A DNA stretch of 64,000 bases from Phoronis australis (taxonomy: Eukaryota; Animalia; Phoronida). The notes beneath the pieces were generated by a model. It was not told the DNA's origin and did no database searches. It saw only the letters and a program-made list of their open reading frames with translations. The DNA is taken from positions 448,102-512,101 of the forward strand of contig NMRA01000079.1 of NCBI GenBank assembly GCA_002633005.1, written 5' to 3'. Shown here piece after piece: positions 24,301-39,300 of this stretch. How positions within the stretch are numbered: the stretch's first letter is position 1; each line of letters opens with the position of its first letter. The position numbers were made by a program, and so were the translations under genes.

Positions 24301-27300
24301 TTCTGAACTGTTTGGTCCACCAGTGTCTACAAACAGGCCTTCATGATGTAAAACAAACGACCCTTTCTTAGACATTGTTGAATCCGAACTCTAAAGAAAC
24401 TCTCCACAAAAGGCTTAGACCCAAATTATGTTACCACGGTGATGGAAAGAGAATGAAGACAAAAGACTGTGAAGTCTGCCAAAATGGAAAAAAAGGATGT
24501 GTGCAATCGGAAAAACGCATCCTATCCTACACTACATTTCCCCTACACCTTAGTATCTCCTAGCTATTTTTGCAGCTTTTCTCAATACACTCAATAACCA
24601 AACCTAACAGAAATACAAACACAATCGACAGTCTGCAAAACACAAAACAACAGTCAAACTAAATTGAACACTAAACAAGAACTCACAAGCAAACCACAAA
24701 AAAATAATAAGAGTTTGTGGAAACAATGCAAGAACACAAAAATTTCTGTGACCGATGTCTCAACAAAACCACGAGAACATAAAGACACTTCATTAGAACA
24801 TGGCACTTAATATCCACTTCCTGTTCTGGCTAAAAACTGATTACGAACATCACATAAGCCAACCAATAACGTGTGCATGCACTGAGCAATACCTCTTCCA
24901 CAAGTTCAATGACATGGTCCTCGGGGACCTGACTCGCACCGGATTTCCAGACCGGAGGAAACTGCCAAAATGGCCGTGCCAGGCTCTACGTATGAAAAAC
25001 GGAGCAATGAACAAAAGTGCGAACTGCGAAGGCATGTTCGAAGATTAAACGCAACTAAAAGCTCGGTGAAAACCTGTTACATGGCGTATCTAACAATACA
25101 AAGCATATTGACAAAAGCAACTTAAATTTGTGTTAGTTTTAAGTCCGCATGGTTTAATGGCGTGATATTAACTTTAAACTTAGTAGCTGAAGCCTGACTT
25201 TTGTCTTTATTCACTTTAGTACCTAGATGATGGCAATCAATACAAGAATTCGAGTTTAAAGACTTAAACTTAATCATGGGCATACTTGAACCAGGTTTGG
25301 ACAGAGATCGAGACTCGAATACAGGATTTTCCAACTCCTCCGCGCAGCTGTCATTAAACATGTGATCATAGCATAGGGTATTCTATTAAAATTACACGCT
25401 AGCAGATGGTACCTTGGTCAATTTTTCTTATCTATACGGTGATTCTGCTCAGGGAATAGTCTCCTTATGTCCAACATATAGCGTAGACTTAAAACTCAAG
25501 AATTCCAAAGAAATGACCTACCAAAGACTACATGCAAGATAGCACCAATAACAAGTCAGAGCAACGCAGAGCGTTGAAACGAGCCCACGACAACAGCGCA
25601 ATCGGTCTACTTCTAAAGGCGTTTTTCAGTGTCATAAAAATGGACACTAGATGTCACAGAATGCGTCAAACCAATCCAAATTGAGAAGGTGGCATTGTCT
25701 CTTTAATAAAAAATTATTTGTCAAATTTCCTGAAAATAAGCCAAGGAACTCCAAAGATATAGAGAGAAAACACTTGACACAAGGGTACACAGCTATAGGC
25801 CGATTGGTCTGGAACTCATCATCTGTGTTGCCATCTCCATAGCAGTACATCTGTCAAATTTCGAAGAAAAGACCTGTCAAAGCCTTAAGGAGATAAAGCC
25901 TGCAAGGGGTTTAGGAGATACAGCAGTGGACGCCAGATGTTGAACCCCCAGTCAGGATGATACACCCACATCTAAATATATGGGCGCATAAAAAATTGAC
26001 AGGACTAGTTTACAAATTCTAGCCGCAGTCTGAGACAGCAGCTAAGCTGTTTTGGGAGTACAACCCTATAGGTGAGCCTAAGCAAGCACCTCAGTTTACA
26101 TTCATGGAATTCTCACCTCATTGGTCCGGTGCGTAAGTCTCCGTGTCACAACAGGGGGTCGTTTGAAGGCACGCCTTCGACGTGCCAAACCCGGGCTCTC
26201 GGGACGAGGTTCTTTCTTTTTCTTTAACATTGATTCCATCTTTTCTTTCTTTCGTAAAATCTCTTCTCGCTGCACCCTGCAATATGAAGTCATCATGACA
26301 TCAGTAAGGCCAATATTCCCTCTATATTCTTCTCTTTCCCACAATGAAATAGTTTCAATAGTTTCCTGTGGTCATGTACAGTTCAATTATCTCTATCCTT
26401 CTGGTGCCCTAAAACTGAGGACTTCACACAACACTCTCTCCATTAGACCACCCTAGCTTTTAAACCTTCAGTCAAGGCATATATTCTGCTCTACAAGATT
26501 TATGACATTTGTGCCACAAATTTACTTGAGATCAGGGCCGAGTCCCTTAGTTGTGGGACACTGAGTCCCTTAGTTGAGGGACACTGAGTCCCTTAGTTGT
26601 GGGACACTGAGTCCCTTAGTTGTGGGACACTGAGTCCCTTAGTTGTGGGACACTGAGTCCCTTAGTTGTGGGACACTGAGTCCCTTAGTTGTGGGACACT
26701 GAGTCCCTTAGTTGAGGGACACTGAGTCCCTTAGTTGTGGGACACTGAGTCCCTTAGTTGTGGGACACTGAGTCCCTTAGTTGTGGGACACTGAGTCCCT
26801 TAGTTGAGGGACACTGAGTCCCTTAGTTGTGGGACACTCATGAGAATAGCTAGTGTGATCATATGCTTTGCTTGTAATGCATGAAGATGTTACGCAACAA
26901 CTTGAATGTATGATCTTGTATTTTTAAGAGTTTCTTGCATCTACGGAACGCAAACCCTGTGTATGTCATCCTTTGCAAAAATTATTCTGTATTAAATTTC
27001 ACAGATGATAAAACCAAGACAGGATAAAAAGCCGATGATTCTCTTCCATAAAAAGCAGATGTCCATCTGAAAGTGGAGATGCTTGGCAATTGGGGAGAGA
27101 AATTTGTTCCTAGGTAGTAGAAAATTAGCCTTTCAAGAAGGCAAAAACACCTTTCCCCCAAAGTGAGCAATGGCCCTGGAAGACAATTGTCAAAAATTAA
27201 AAGCAGACATTCACAAGCTATCAACACCAAATACATTCTTTTGCTATCTACCTGGCTGCTTCTTGGCGTGCCTTGAAGGCAGCTGTTTCCTGGAACAGCG

Positions 27301-30300
27301 AACCACTGTTGGAAAAGTACTTGTCATACTTCTCCGTTGTGCCTTGCAAGGGATAGATCCTGCGGAAGTTGCCCAGATGGCTCTGTTCGTACTGTTCAAG
27401 TTCTTCTAAATACTGTGACTGAGCCTGTTCCAGCTCCTCTCTACAGTGAATAGGTGGAACGTTAACGTTATGATTTGAACCCATTTTAACACGTTAGTTT
27501 CATGACACAATTTCAAGCTGCAATCATTTAGTCCTGTTTCGCTGTCACTTTAAACATATTTAAAGTTCTTAGCCAAAGAGCCAAAACCTACAACTGATCT
27601 GTGATGTACTCATGGAACATGATCATTGTATCACCTGACTGACCTATTTTCATAACGGACCTAGTACAGGTGAAAATTTAACCCAAAACCCAATTAGAAT
27701 TGCGAACTGAATTACAAGTTTCAATTACCCCCATTCCCTGCCAACACAATAAAGAGCCATCTGGCTGGGCTGCCAACAGTCAACAGGAACATATACTTTT
27801 ATGACTTAATGCAGTGTCTATACACAGTGTAAATCTTGAACGAGTGTCGAAATATAGATCATAAATATTTTAAGTCTGGTCTGTAGGCCTGGCGTTCAGA
27901 CCAGATTTAAAATTTTTGTGATTATGTGGTGTCATGAAGTATTTCATAGGTGACCAAGAAGTCTAAGCAGCTGAACTGAATTCAATGGGCTTTTGTGTTT
28001 GCACTAGAAAACTCCAACCATCAGGCTGTCATCGAACGACGGTCCATTTTTACCTGGACTGGGTTCCTCATGTGAATGGCAGACCCTGCAAGTCATTTTT
28101 GAATTTCAGTGCTGGCCAACCCCAATAAAATTTACGGTTTAACCTACTGAGGGTTTGAATGTCTTTGTTGAGAAAAGAAAACAAGATCTACCAACGCAAG
28201 GAAAATTTTGAATTATATTTTAAAAGTAAAATGCCCAATTTGATTTTCAAATTTCAGCCAGCTGAATATGGAAAAATGCAGCATCGAACTGTTGCTCTGT
28301 TAACATTCGAAGTACAAGTGAATCGAGAAAATAAGTAACGCAGACAAAAGAAAGTAAATAACATTGGCCTTATCAATAACAACAAATTTAATTGAAAATT
28401 TGTAAGAGAGAAAAAAGAAAATGATACAGGGGGCATCATTTCTGTTATCCCATCAAAGAATAGCCAGTCATACAGAAAAATAATGGCTTTAACTTTCAAG
28501 CGACCTATGACTGTCCTTGTCCTCCTCAATGGTTGACATGTGGACCTTAGTTTGACCTGTGACCCAACGTCAAGAGTCACTTCACTAATACATACCTGGT
28601 CTCTTTCTTGTTCTGTCTCTGAAACAGTCGGTCTTTGATTTTCTTCTTGTCCTCCTCAATGCATTTCCTCTTGTCCACTGCACCACAGTTGATCAACATC
28701 AGCGTGTCATGGAGCAGTGCTTCCTTGATCTCTTTGTCTAGAGGGGCGTCCGTGTGGAAACTAGGCGAGTGGTTGACCTGCGACACCGGGCCATACATCA
28801 TTATGTAATTCATTCATGGAAAAACAAGTTTGTTTACAGGCTTGGTACGTTATTGTTTGTACATGGTGTTCTTTAACTACCTGTTGGTGATTTAATGTAT
28901 TAATCTTTAAGACTGGGTGACTTACGACACAAGGTCAAGGGTCACCCATGACACCAGGTCAAAGGTCACCAGTTAACTGAACATACCAGCTACACTCTTA
29001 AGAAGAAAACAACATTAGTTGGTTTTGTACTGTGGTTGTTTTCAAAACTGATGAAGTGGGTGTTTTTTTTGGCAGATCTCTTTTTCAAAAAAATTCACAG
29101 TGTAATGCAGCAGGCCTAATTGTAGTCAGCCGGGGAGTGACGCTGACACATTTGAGGCAGTGGTGATTATCTACCTTTAAACAAATTAAGATCATTAAGG
29201 AGGTGATTGACGGTTAGTTGACTAGTCACTTTGTTTTAAGCCTAGCAGTGACCACAAAACAATGAATAGAGCAACATCTCACAAATTTAGGACACACTGT
29301 GACGGATAAGTGAAATTTCATCACACTGTTTTCTATTAAAGAACCAAATTGATGGTTGGAGTTTATTACCTTAGCCTGGACTCAGACAAGGAATTTCACA
29401 CCGTTAAAAGCCTTAGTGTGAAAAATGAAAAGAAAACAATTTCGGCAATCAGTTTGTCCAAAAATTGCAAGATTTTACTGTATAACTATACATTGTAAAA
29501 CTTTAAATTTTTATTTGATAGGTAGACCATACATACCTCTAGCAGGTAGGGCTTAAGCTTTTTATCCAGAAGGATATCAAAACCAAGGATCTCAAAGCAA
29601 GCACTGCCTTTGACGTGGTTTGGGAAACACGTTCGGTAGTTGTGCTTGAGGATTGGATGAGCAGAGATGAGTGTCTTTATGATACAGTCGTCGATATCCG
29701 ACCAAATCTTGTCAACATCATAATCATTCTCCTTCCACCATTTATTTATTGTAGTAATTCGCCTGTGGATGAACCAGGTATAGACAGAGTTCATATAATA
29801 CACCAGGGGGCAGTATGTTTGCTAAAAGTAGTGATTTTTCTACAGATGAACTAGTTATAGTGAGTGCTCAGTACACCAGAGGGCAGCACCAATTTGTGAC
29901 CATCCTCTTTACAAGAACCGAGGAGACTGAATCAGTTACAAAGAAATTTACTGGGTTTAACGCACAAGTTTATTTGTGTTGGTCAACCGAAAAGACAATT
30001 GTGAAAGTCTGACTATAAAATGAGGCGTTCTGTAATTAATTGCTACAAAGGACAATTGTCTTAAACACCCTAGGCATCTCCTTTCTCAGGTACTTTCTGG
30101 AAAAATCCTGGATTACTGGTGTAAATAAGGCCACATCTGTAGTAAACGACTACTCTCAGGTCCATGCACAAATATCTGAGTCCTAAGGGTACTTTGTTGG
30201 TCCACGTACAGTCAAATATCTGAGCCCTAGGGTATTTTGTTGGTCAGTGACGCATGAATAGTTAATTAAGAAATTGGGAAATTCTGTGTCATCCACTTGT

Positions 30301-33300
30301 GGACCGTTGAGCTGGTACACTACTAAAACTTTAAAAGTGGAAGCTTAAAATTCATTATCATTTGTTTAGTTTTGAAAAATATGTCAGGTTAAAATTGCAA
30401 AATGTAAGGTTTTTAACCATTCTGAAAATCAAAAGAAAAACAATGAATAACAGAATACCATTATTTGACATGTCAATCATTATCTGAGACCACTCCCCTC
30501 ACCTCTTACTCCCGCCTTCGTCGTCATTCCTTACAAAGTCACTGCTGTGCTTGTTTATAGCATAGTTGGTCAAGTGCATAAACTGGTTGTCCTGCAATTA
30601 TACAATACAAGGAAAATGACATAGTTCTGTCAAGAACCTCAGCAAGAAGTTGACCTGTGACCCGAGGTCAAGAGTTGACATCTCGTCAGGAACCCTACAA
30701 ATGATGTCTAATAACAAATTATATTTAAAACCTTAGATTAAAAAAATCAGTTTCTCATTTAGTAACTTTTTTATTGCAGTGAAACTAGGCAACGCCATTA
30801 AGTCATCCAAGGACTGAAAGATGTAGTTAGCTCAAAGAGTGACACACAACTGATCAATTTTCCCCATACATCTTGAACAAGGTTTGGTGGTTATGTTATA
30901 GAGATTGAACAAGATTTCATAAAATCTGATCTATATTTAGTTAAATGGAATCAACTGTATTTTAAACAACTGTCAGCATTGTAACGTCAGATAGCGGGAG
31001 GTATTTCTGGCTATCCAAGGTAAGGTTTTTTAAGCAGAAGTGTGCTGCCCTTTGTAGTAATTCAGTTTTACTCACCGTGTTGTTTGAAGTCGGTTCATGA
31101 TACTTGCATGTAGCAAACCTGGCTAAGCCATCTTTGAACACGTATATCCTCAACGGGTCACAAGAGGTCACTAGTGCATAAATACGCAGGTCAAACTTAA
31201 ACCCATCAATGAGAAAAGGCTGAAAATATAAAACAGAGGATGGAATATAGAAATCAAGGCATTTAATTTCTTGCATCCTCTATGGGCCTCAGGTGGTGCC
31301 ACTTCCATGGAAAAAGAAACTGTTATTTTTTAAATGGAAGACATTTGTACTTTTAACTGAGGGGGAAAAATTGCTCTGAAACCACCAGTATGTAGATGAC
31401 AGTTCAATGAAAACTAGATACTTGAATTTAATTGTCAGACATTTCGAAGATCACAAAACCCATGTGGTAACACAACAGATGCACTCAAAAACCAAAACGA
31501 ATCTCCACCAATACAAGAGTGAAAATGATTTCAGTCAAATTCAGACTGATCCTGTCAGATCTAATTTCTCCAAGAAGTGAATCACACTGACACAGACAAA
31601 TAGTACCTCAAACAGCCACATTCTCATGAATATTCACGCATATTGTACGGAGATTCGTTACGAGATCAACGAACTCGTAAAAAAACTCAGCCACATCTTA
31701 AGCATTGAATCCATGCATGAAAAAGTTAATTCTCAAGACACGGTACAAGTACGATCCCCAACGTGATAGCAGCCAGTCTGCATAGTGTACCTTTGCAATA
31801 TACTGTTGACATATCTGGTGTTCCGTAGCCTTTATCTCTCGTGGATTCTTTGTTACCCATATGCCCTTGCCCTGACAGCCACTCTCAGGCTTCATGATAT
31901 ACGACTTGTTCTTCTTGGCCCGCGTGAACGCTTGGAAATCACCGTAGCTAGAGGAGGGGAGATAATTACAGCTTTTTTACTCGCATTCGAAATAGAATCA
32001 AACACTTTTGTTTGCGTTGTAGAAACAATTATCATTAAGTAGTATTGTCTTTAACCTGGTGAACATGTTTCACAACTATGGCACCAAAAATTTCTAAAAG
32101 TCTTCCGCCCAAAACTCTGACGACTTTTTATGGGATTTTTCATGCCAGAAAAAGACGACATCTCAGAAAATGAATTGACTTCTAAAATTTTTGGAATGTT
32201 AGACAATTAAAGTTGATCGTCAGACATCCGTTTTAGTAAATAAACTGCCAACAAAGCAAGACCTAGCTGGCATTTCAAGACCACGACTGATGAGGGTTCA
32301 AAGGTCAGAAATACAATTTTCCAAAGGACCTCCACCATTTTTTCCAAAAGAACTCCGTAAGAGGACTTTATGCATGTAAAACCACTTAATCTACAAATAT
32401 CAGGAAACAAGTGGTCAGTAAAGGCATATCCGTGATGAAAACTGAATATATGCGTATATTGGCAGAACAGTGTGAAATATTACACTTTACTGAGGTTCTT
32501 CCCAGCACTTGAAGTCAGTGTCGTTTAGAGAGACTGAATACAAAGGATACAAAAGACTTTCGTTTCAACGAGGGTAATCTCAACAAATATGATTCTGGTC
32601 AAAATTCATACTTACTCAGCAGGTAAGCACCATGAGCGAGGGAACACGTTGTATTCCTTGGGGAACAATTTGGCCATCCTATTCATATTACGTGCAAGAA
32701 GATCCTTACGACAGATCTCACTCATGCCTGGGAAGTGGTTGATTTTCTGAAACAAGATGGAGGCCACTTGTTTCAGCTCCATTATGGAAAATTTCATTTT
32801 ATTTCATCAATCCTTCATTATTTCATTACAGAGAAACACTCCCACTAATATCCTTTCGCTATTTTTGTAACATTACCGTAGTTTAATTTCAGTCAAAGAT
32901 TTCCCACGAAAGTCACAATTTCACTGAAACAAGCACACTCCAGTCAGTTACTGATCCCGGAGCGGCCCGTAACACCCACTAACAATCGCTTCCCCACTAA
33001 GTTAGATTACACATGCTGGCATAAATACCAAGCGAAAAAACATAACCAGCCCACTTGTATAGAAAATATCTTACAGCAAACATTGAGATTACAAAATCAG
33101 ATAAAAGCAGTCGATTTATAACTACCACAGACTAAGATTAAAATCTGCATGGTATGCGCAGAAAGATAAGAGCTGCTTCAGGAAACTGCTCCACAAGAAA
33201 TCTCTGACAAAATATACTCGCTACATCAAAACAGATTAAATTTTTCTACCAAACTTAAATGGGAAGAAGGTGATGGAAGTGATAATTAGAATGAAAACTT

Positions 33301-36300
33301 CATCAGATTCCCTGTGACGCCCAAGTACTGCAACAAAGTCCTTGGAAAGCTATTTTTTATTTGTTTTTCATATCATTCTCCTTTACTCTAGTAATGCCTG
33401 AATGACACTACATTAATTGGTTTCATAATGGCGAGGTTTTGTGGGTAAATACCACACCATTAAAGGATGGCTGTGTAACCCAGGACCGTCCTATTGCTCT
33501 CACCTGGTATCTCTTCATTTCCATAACCCTCTCCAGCGCCACCGAGTAGTCTGTCCAGTAAACGTTCCACTCCTCATCCTCAGGAACTTCTTTGAAGTTG
33601 CACCTTTTGGCAACACGGCGAACTAAAACACATAGACTGGTTGTACATTCAATTTAATATGGATTAATGAGTACAGGGATCTTAATAAATTAACGAGTGA
33701 GAACTTCAAGACCTGGTTGAAATAAAAAATAAATACTAATGCTTATTAAGCCTAGTTGCATTCATAAATTCAAGACAATTTTTCAAATTTTTAAGACCAT
33801 CATTGGTGTGAATTCTGCCACATTAAAAAGTTGGATAAAATCCATGATATTAGTTACTCAACCATGGCATGGCAGTGGGGCAATTAAACACATTGAATTC
33901 TCCACAAGACTTCTTCTTATCAATATAGATTACCTATTTACTGGAGATATTGATCTTAGCCAGTTTTCAATTTTAGAGGCGCTCTCACCTGAATCATATT
34001 TACAGCTGACAGTGCAAATGTACAGGACTCTGGAAAAGAAAAGATGATAGACCTGATAACCGTGATCACACACAAATGAACAATATCATCAGAGATGATA
34101 ACATGAACATTATGAAGGGTGTTTGCAGTCTTTTAAGCTAGTTCTAGGTCATGTCACATCAGAAATACGGCTGCCTAAGAGCCTTGTACTTCATCAATGA
34201 ACTTGTACAAAATTTGCTGTTGTAGTCAATTTTCACAGGCACTGAGTTCCTTTTGAGTGGAGTAGTACCGCAATTACCACATCAGCAATGACTTTACAGC
34301 AGCAAGACACTGGCTGTAATAACATCACATTATCGTACACTGAAACTTGCTTGTAACTTTTTTAACACAAAGGGTTTCTGAAATTAGTATTTCATGCAAA
34401 AAGTTAAGTCAGTAATACGACAGAAATTACCCACAGCAATCAGAATCGCTATGTTGATCAGTATTTCAATTAGCACTGATGTCTTCACCTTGATGTATTT
34501 CATCTTGGCAGATAACTTACAGGTGAGTCATGATTCTGGACAAAAGACAACCCTAATGCTTAACAATGGACTAGACTGATATCTGGATTTAGAAATCTGA
34601 CCCTTCAGCTGGAGATGAAATGAGAGACATTTGTCATGATTGAGCAATCTAGTCAGGAAGAGTTGGCAATAGCAACAGAGTTGCATCATGGGAAGAGTCA
34701 AGGTCTGTTTAGTTGTCATGAGTTGAAGGGACTTAGGTCATGCAGTGTATGGCAGGGTCAACTCTCTGGAAACGCAGTTTCAGGTGTTAAAGCTAAAGAT
34801 TAAATCGCCCATCGAAAATTTAAAAAATAATAAAAATGTCATACAACGATCTGTTGAAGCTTGGAACTAACAGGTGGTACTTGTATTTTTGAATGTGAAA
34901 CTTGAACAGGATTGTTATGTTGACTAGGACAATGTGCAGAATATTATGTTACTCTTTATAAAATCAAAACTATATGTTTATTGAAAATCTTGTATCAATA
35001 ATGTTTATCTGACTGGTGACGGACACTACAATATGTTTAAACCAAGGTGGGGTTTCAGGATCTGGGCGAAGAATGCCAAACAGGAACTTTACAGCAAAAA
35101 TAGAAATAACAAAGAAGCAAGACATCTTCTAAATCGTTCCAAACATTCTACAAAGAGCGATTTCACTGAAAATGTCCATCGTGCGTGTTTCGCATGATTA
35201 AACGCATTACCGAGATAGTCAAATAGAGTTTCGCTCCAATCACATTGTTCTCAATAAGCTGTCGAGTCCAATCCATTGTCATTTTTCAAAACGCAAAATG
35301 AATATCGATTAGCTTCTATTTTCAAATATAGTCAACATGAAGCCATTTGACATGCAAGAAGTCAATAGAAAAGCATGTAAGGCAATTGTTGAATAATGAT
35401 TTGTGTGCACAGTGGGGTGTTTGATAAATAACATGGTTGAAACACCCAACAGGAAGGACTATTATTACCAAGTTGATAGTCAGACCGAATAAATCTACCA
35501 ATCATGATAGTCACCTCTGGGAATCAATTTATTGACAGTAACTACATGAACTAGTGAACAACAGCTCTTAACAACATAATAAGCCAATAACATTGAGAAA
35601 AAAATATTAAAAGTTTTTAGGTTCACATTCAACGTTTTTCATTGAAAAATTTTTCAGCCTAAGTGGTCAGAACTCGACGTGCGTGTAGAGAAGTGTATGC
35701 AACAACAGAAAGTTTTGATCTATAATAATTAATAATAACTGGATTACAGATATTTCCACGGTAGCAAACTAGTTTATGATGATATAAATGGAAATCGGCT
35801 AAAAAGTCAACACCAAAGGGCCACTGACCGCCAGACCAGTGAACCTCATTTGGAAGAGTCGGCTAATCTGATCTCCGGCCAGTGGGTGTCTTAAGAGTCC
35901 AACCATTGGATCTAGAGGTTGAGGCCGTAATGTTTAGGAGGCCTCCCCAGAACAAGATGAATGGCAGCTATGTTTGTCACAGCTCTATAGTCTAGACTGG
36001 GATGGGATCATTTTTCAAAATTGTTGAAGCGTATTTTTTATTTAAATGTTCGTTGTGGTAGAAACATTCTAGCTTTATTAATAACGTTAGTTACATAACT
36101 ATTGAAGTTGGCTTTTATACCAGGAGCTTGCAAAGCCTTTTGTTAGTATCCTAGACTTTATTATGTGCTCAAGCTGGAGGTATAATGTAATATCCTATTG
36201 AATGACTCCATAAACCATCTATTTATCTTTCTATCTATCAACCCTAAAGAATTGAAGAGTACGGGACACACGAAACATGCGAAACGCAGACGCGTTCATA

Positions 36301-39300
36301 CAATTAGGTATGGCACAAAGTAATTAAATACTTCAGGAAGTCAGCCTGTCATCTTTTAGACAGATACCAACTACAGTTAGCATACAGAAATATGGCACAA
36401 AAGAGGTAAAGGCATGACAACATAACCTGTCTTATGTTTAGTTAAATATGATTTGGATTTGATAAACCGTGAGTGATCATACACCTCATAAATTCAAGCG
36501 TGTGAATGCTCACACAAGCCATGCTATTTTCACAGACAACAAGTATAACAAATGGCCATATTTAAGGACTGTTTATCTAGCTCTTAAACCTTAAACTGCA
36601 TGAAGAGTACCTTAAACCTCCTCACCAGGGAATGATCCAGACAACTTAGTCAATAAACATTCAGGTACCTAGCTACTTGTAATAGATCTAACACCACATT
36701 CAGATATGTCAGGATGCCTTGGTGCCAAAAGCAATTCACATTTTACAACTAAAACTAGCGACAGGGTACACAGATAATGACAGAAATTAGCATGACGACA
36801 GATCATCAAAACATGACGATAGAAGTTTCCACAAGACATTTGAAAAACTAAATGAAATTTCCCAGAAGAGAGATAACTTTTTTACACATTGACTACGTGG
36901 TTAAAACTGATTAATATCAAGTCAGAGCTGTCTGTTTACAAACTTGATACAGACTTGGTGGAATTACTGGCACATGCACCTATTCCCCACTACTGGAACA
37001 CCACAAGACAGACATATCTACACACTCATTGGCCACCTCCCAAAACACCACAGTGCCATATCTAGTTCTGTACTATTTTCCCACAATGCTGCACTTCAGC
37101 AGGATACTCATCTAATCCCTGATGTGCTAAAAAAAAACTATTTCACATTAAAGTGATTTCACCATTGACACCAGTAAAGTTCCTTTGGCATGAGAGTGGA
37201 TTGCTGACATAAAAATTTGAAAAGAGGAGTGAGGCATGGTAAACCGTTCTTCATTTGTTTGGCTCAGAAGTGTGTCAGCGGCCCTGACCTTCGAAGATCA
37301 CAAAATGCTTTTCTACCTCACAAAAGAGGAGAGTTGAGTTCAAGAAATGGGAATTCGAGAAAAAGGAATTCGCACAAGCCTACATCAAGCCAATACACTG
37401 AATGTCATACTTCAAGTGCTTTTGATTAGCTTTGTGTAAAACAAGGGCTGCTGCCAAAGTATTCAGAATTTTGTGAATAACAAAATGAACACATTGTGAA
37501 CAGTGATGTGCAAGTAAGCAGCAGGGAACTCATAAACTTGCTAAAATTATAAATGTAATTATACTGAAATAAATCAACAAACGATGAGCACGTGCTAACA
37601 AATAGCTTAGCTCTACTATGTAACTACAAATCAACATTTCTAGACACACAAAAATTTCTCACGAGGAAAACTTACGAATGGTTCCGTAACATCCTTTCAT
37701 GAATAAAGTTAATTTAAGACTATTACTCGTGAAATTCAAACACAAAAAGGTTATCGATCAATTTCAGCAAAAACCTAACATTGCAAAATTAAAACGTGTT
37801 GCTTATTGCAGGACAAATAACATTGAAACATGTGATTTTGAAATTGTTAAAGAAACAGAAACCCTTTCCATTGACAAAAGAAAGCGATAGTTACGGTAAC
37901 AGTTCTCTAGTTTGGGGACTGTCAAAGATTTAGGACACCAAAATTCGAGCTGAACTTTCATAATTTTGAAGATTGGGAAAGGGCGAGTTTGGCGTTCATT
38001 ATATTTCCCAAATAACTGACATTATGTTTTGTATCAACAGAGTCTGAAAAATGCCATCGCATGCGCGCACCCAGGGGGGCATGCATCGGTGCCAGTTTTC
38101 CATGCCTCCCACACTATGTATCATAGAAGTGAATGACTGCTTGTCATTGGTGGTAATTCTTGAATTTTTGGATGGCCATTATTACCTATTTCTAAAATTT
38201 GGTACAAGCTCCGACCATGAGCAAAATAATTATTTTTCACTGTCCCAAACTGGAGAATGTTTACCATATCAAACACACATGGATCTAGAAAAGGGGGTCC
38301 AAGATAATGATCCAGCACGGGGATCTGTTGAAGTTCCCAGGCTCCACATCACAGAGTTGGTCAACGAAGCTTTCCAGAGCAAGTTCGTAGTCAAATCTCA
38401 ACCAATGTTCATTGGTCTCGAACAGTGTCTTCAGATAATCGCTACTTACTCCAGACAGTGTCCTAGCTCTACTTATTTCAAACAGCGGCTTCAAATAAAT
38501 GCTACTTACTTTTTCCTTTTCTTCTTCTTTTTCTTTGTTTTTTCTTCCTCCTTCTTCTTCCCAGCACTCACGCTCTCCGTCTGACGCTCAGTTCCGCTCT
38601 CACCACCCTCCCCCTCTCCTTCCTCTTCAAAACCTGCAAGATTGCAGAAGACGATTAAAGAGATATTGTTGGCAAGAAAAATGGTTTTCTGAGATCAGCC
38701 CCAGAACAGAATCAAGCTGACAACCTCAACAGTCTAATTCCCTCCTCATTAAATGGCTGAGTATTGTAAGTGTGTTTAACTGATAAAGTCACCAGCCTTG
38801 ATTTAGTGAATGACTGCTAGCCAACAATAACAATTGGAGATTTTTAATATCATCACAAGAACAGTGGATTTTGTTGTCATACAGCTCAGTTTAATAAGCT
38901 TCAACAGGTTGATCACATCCAATGAAAATTCCAAAAATATGCTCTTGGCCCTAAGCCCAGATGTCCTTTTAAAGATACACCAACTTTGAGGTATATGAAC
39001 AGATGACTTTCGCTCGTAAAATGGAAGGAAACACGTGACACTACTAACAGGAATAATTCTTCAATTCCGAAAAAACAGAACTGACAAAATTGAGTCAGTT
39101 TTCTCAAAATTAACTGAAAATATTATCAACTTGTCATACAGCAGTCAACCACAGCAGACAATGACTCGAAAGGTTTTCGATTCTGGTGAGAAATCTGCCA
39201 AAACATTCCAAAATGGTGAATCTTAAGGTAAAGTATGATTGACCTAGATTTAAAAAGATTAGACTACGGACATATCTCTGAAGAGAGTTGGACAAGTTAA

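Noticed and set aside
606-26838. Tandem arrays as possible CRISPR arrays
   Set aside because: Units are contiguous with no unique spacers, no cas genes, eukaryotic intronic context
37671-37701. Minus-strand ATG...C|GTAAGT mini-exon (MKGCYGTI) as an alternative TTLL start
   Set aside because: Phase 1 donor does not match the phase 2 acceptor of the next exon at 34029
38051-38720. Plus-strand ORFs with poly-Phe/Ser
   Set aside because: Antisense shadow of the Lys/Glu-rich TTLL exon plus intron sequence
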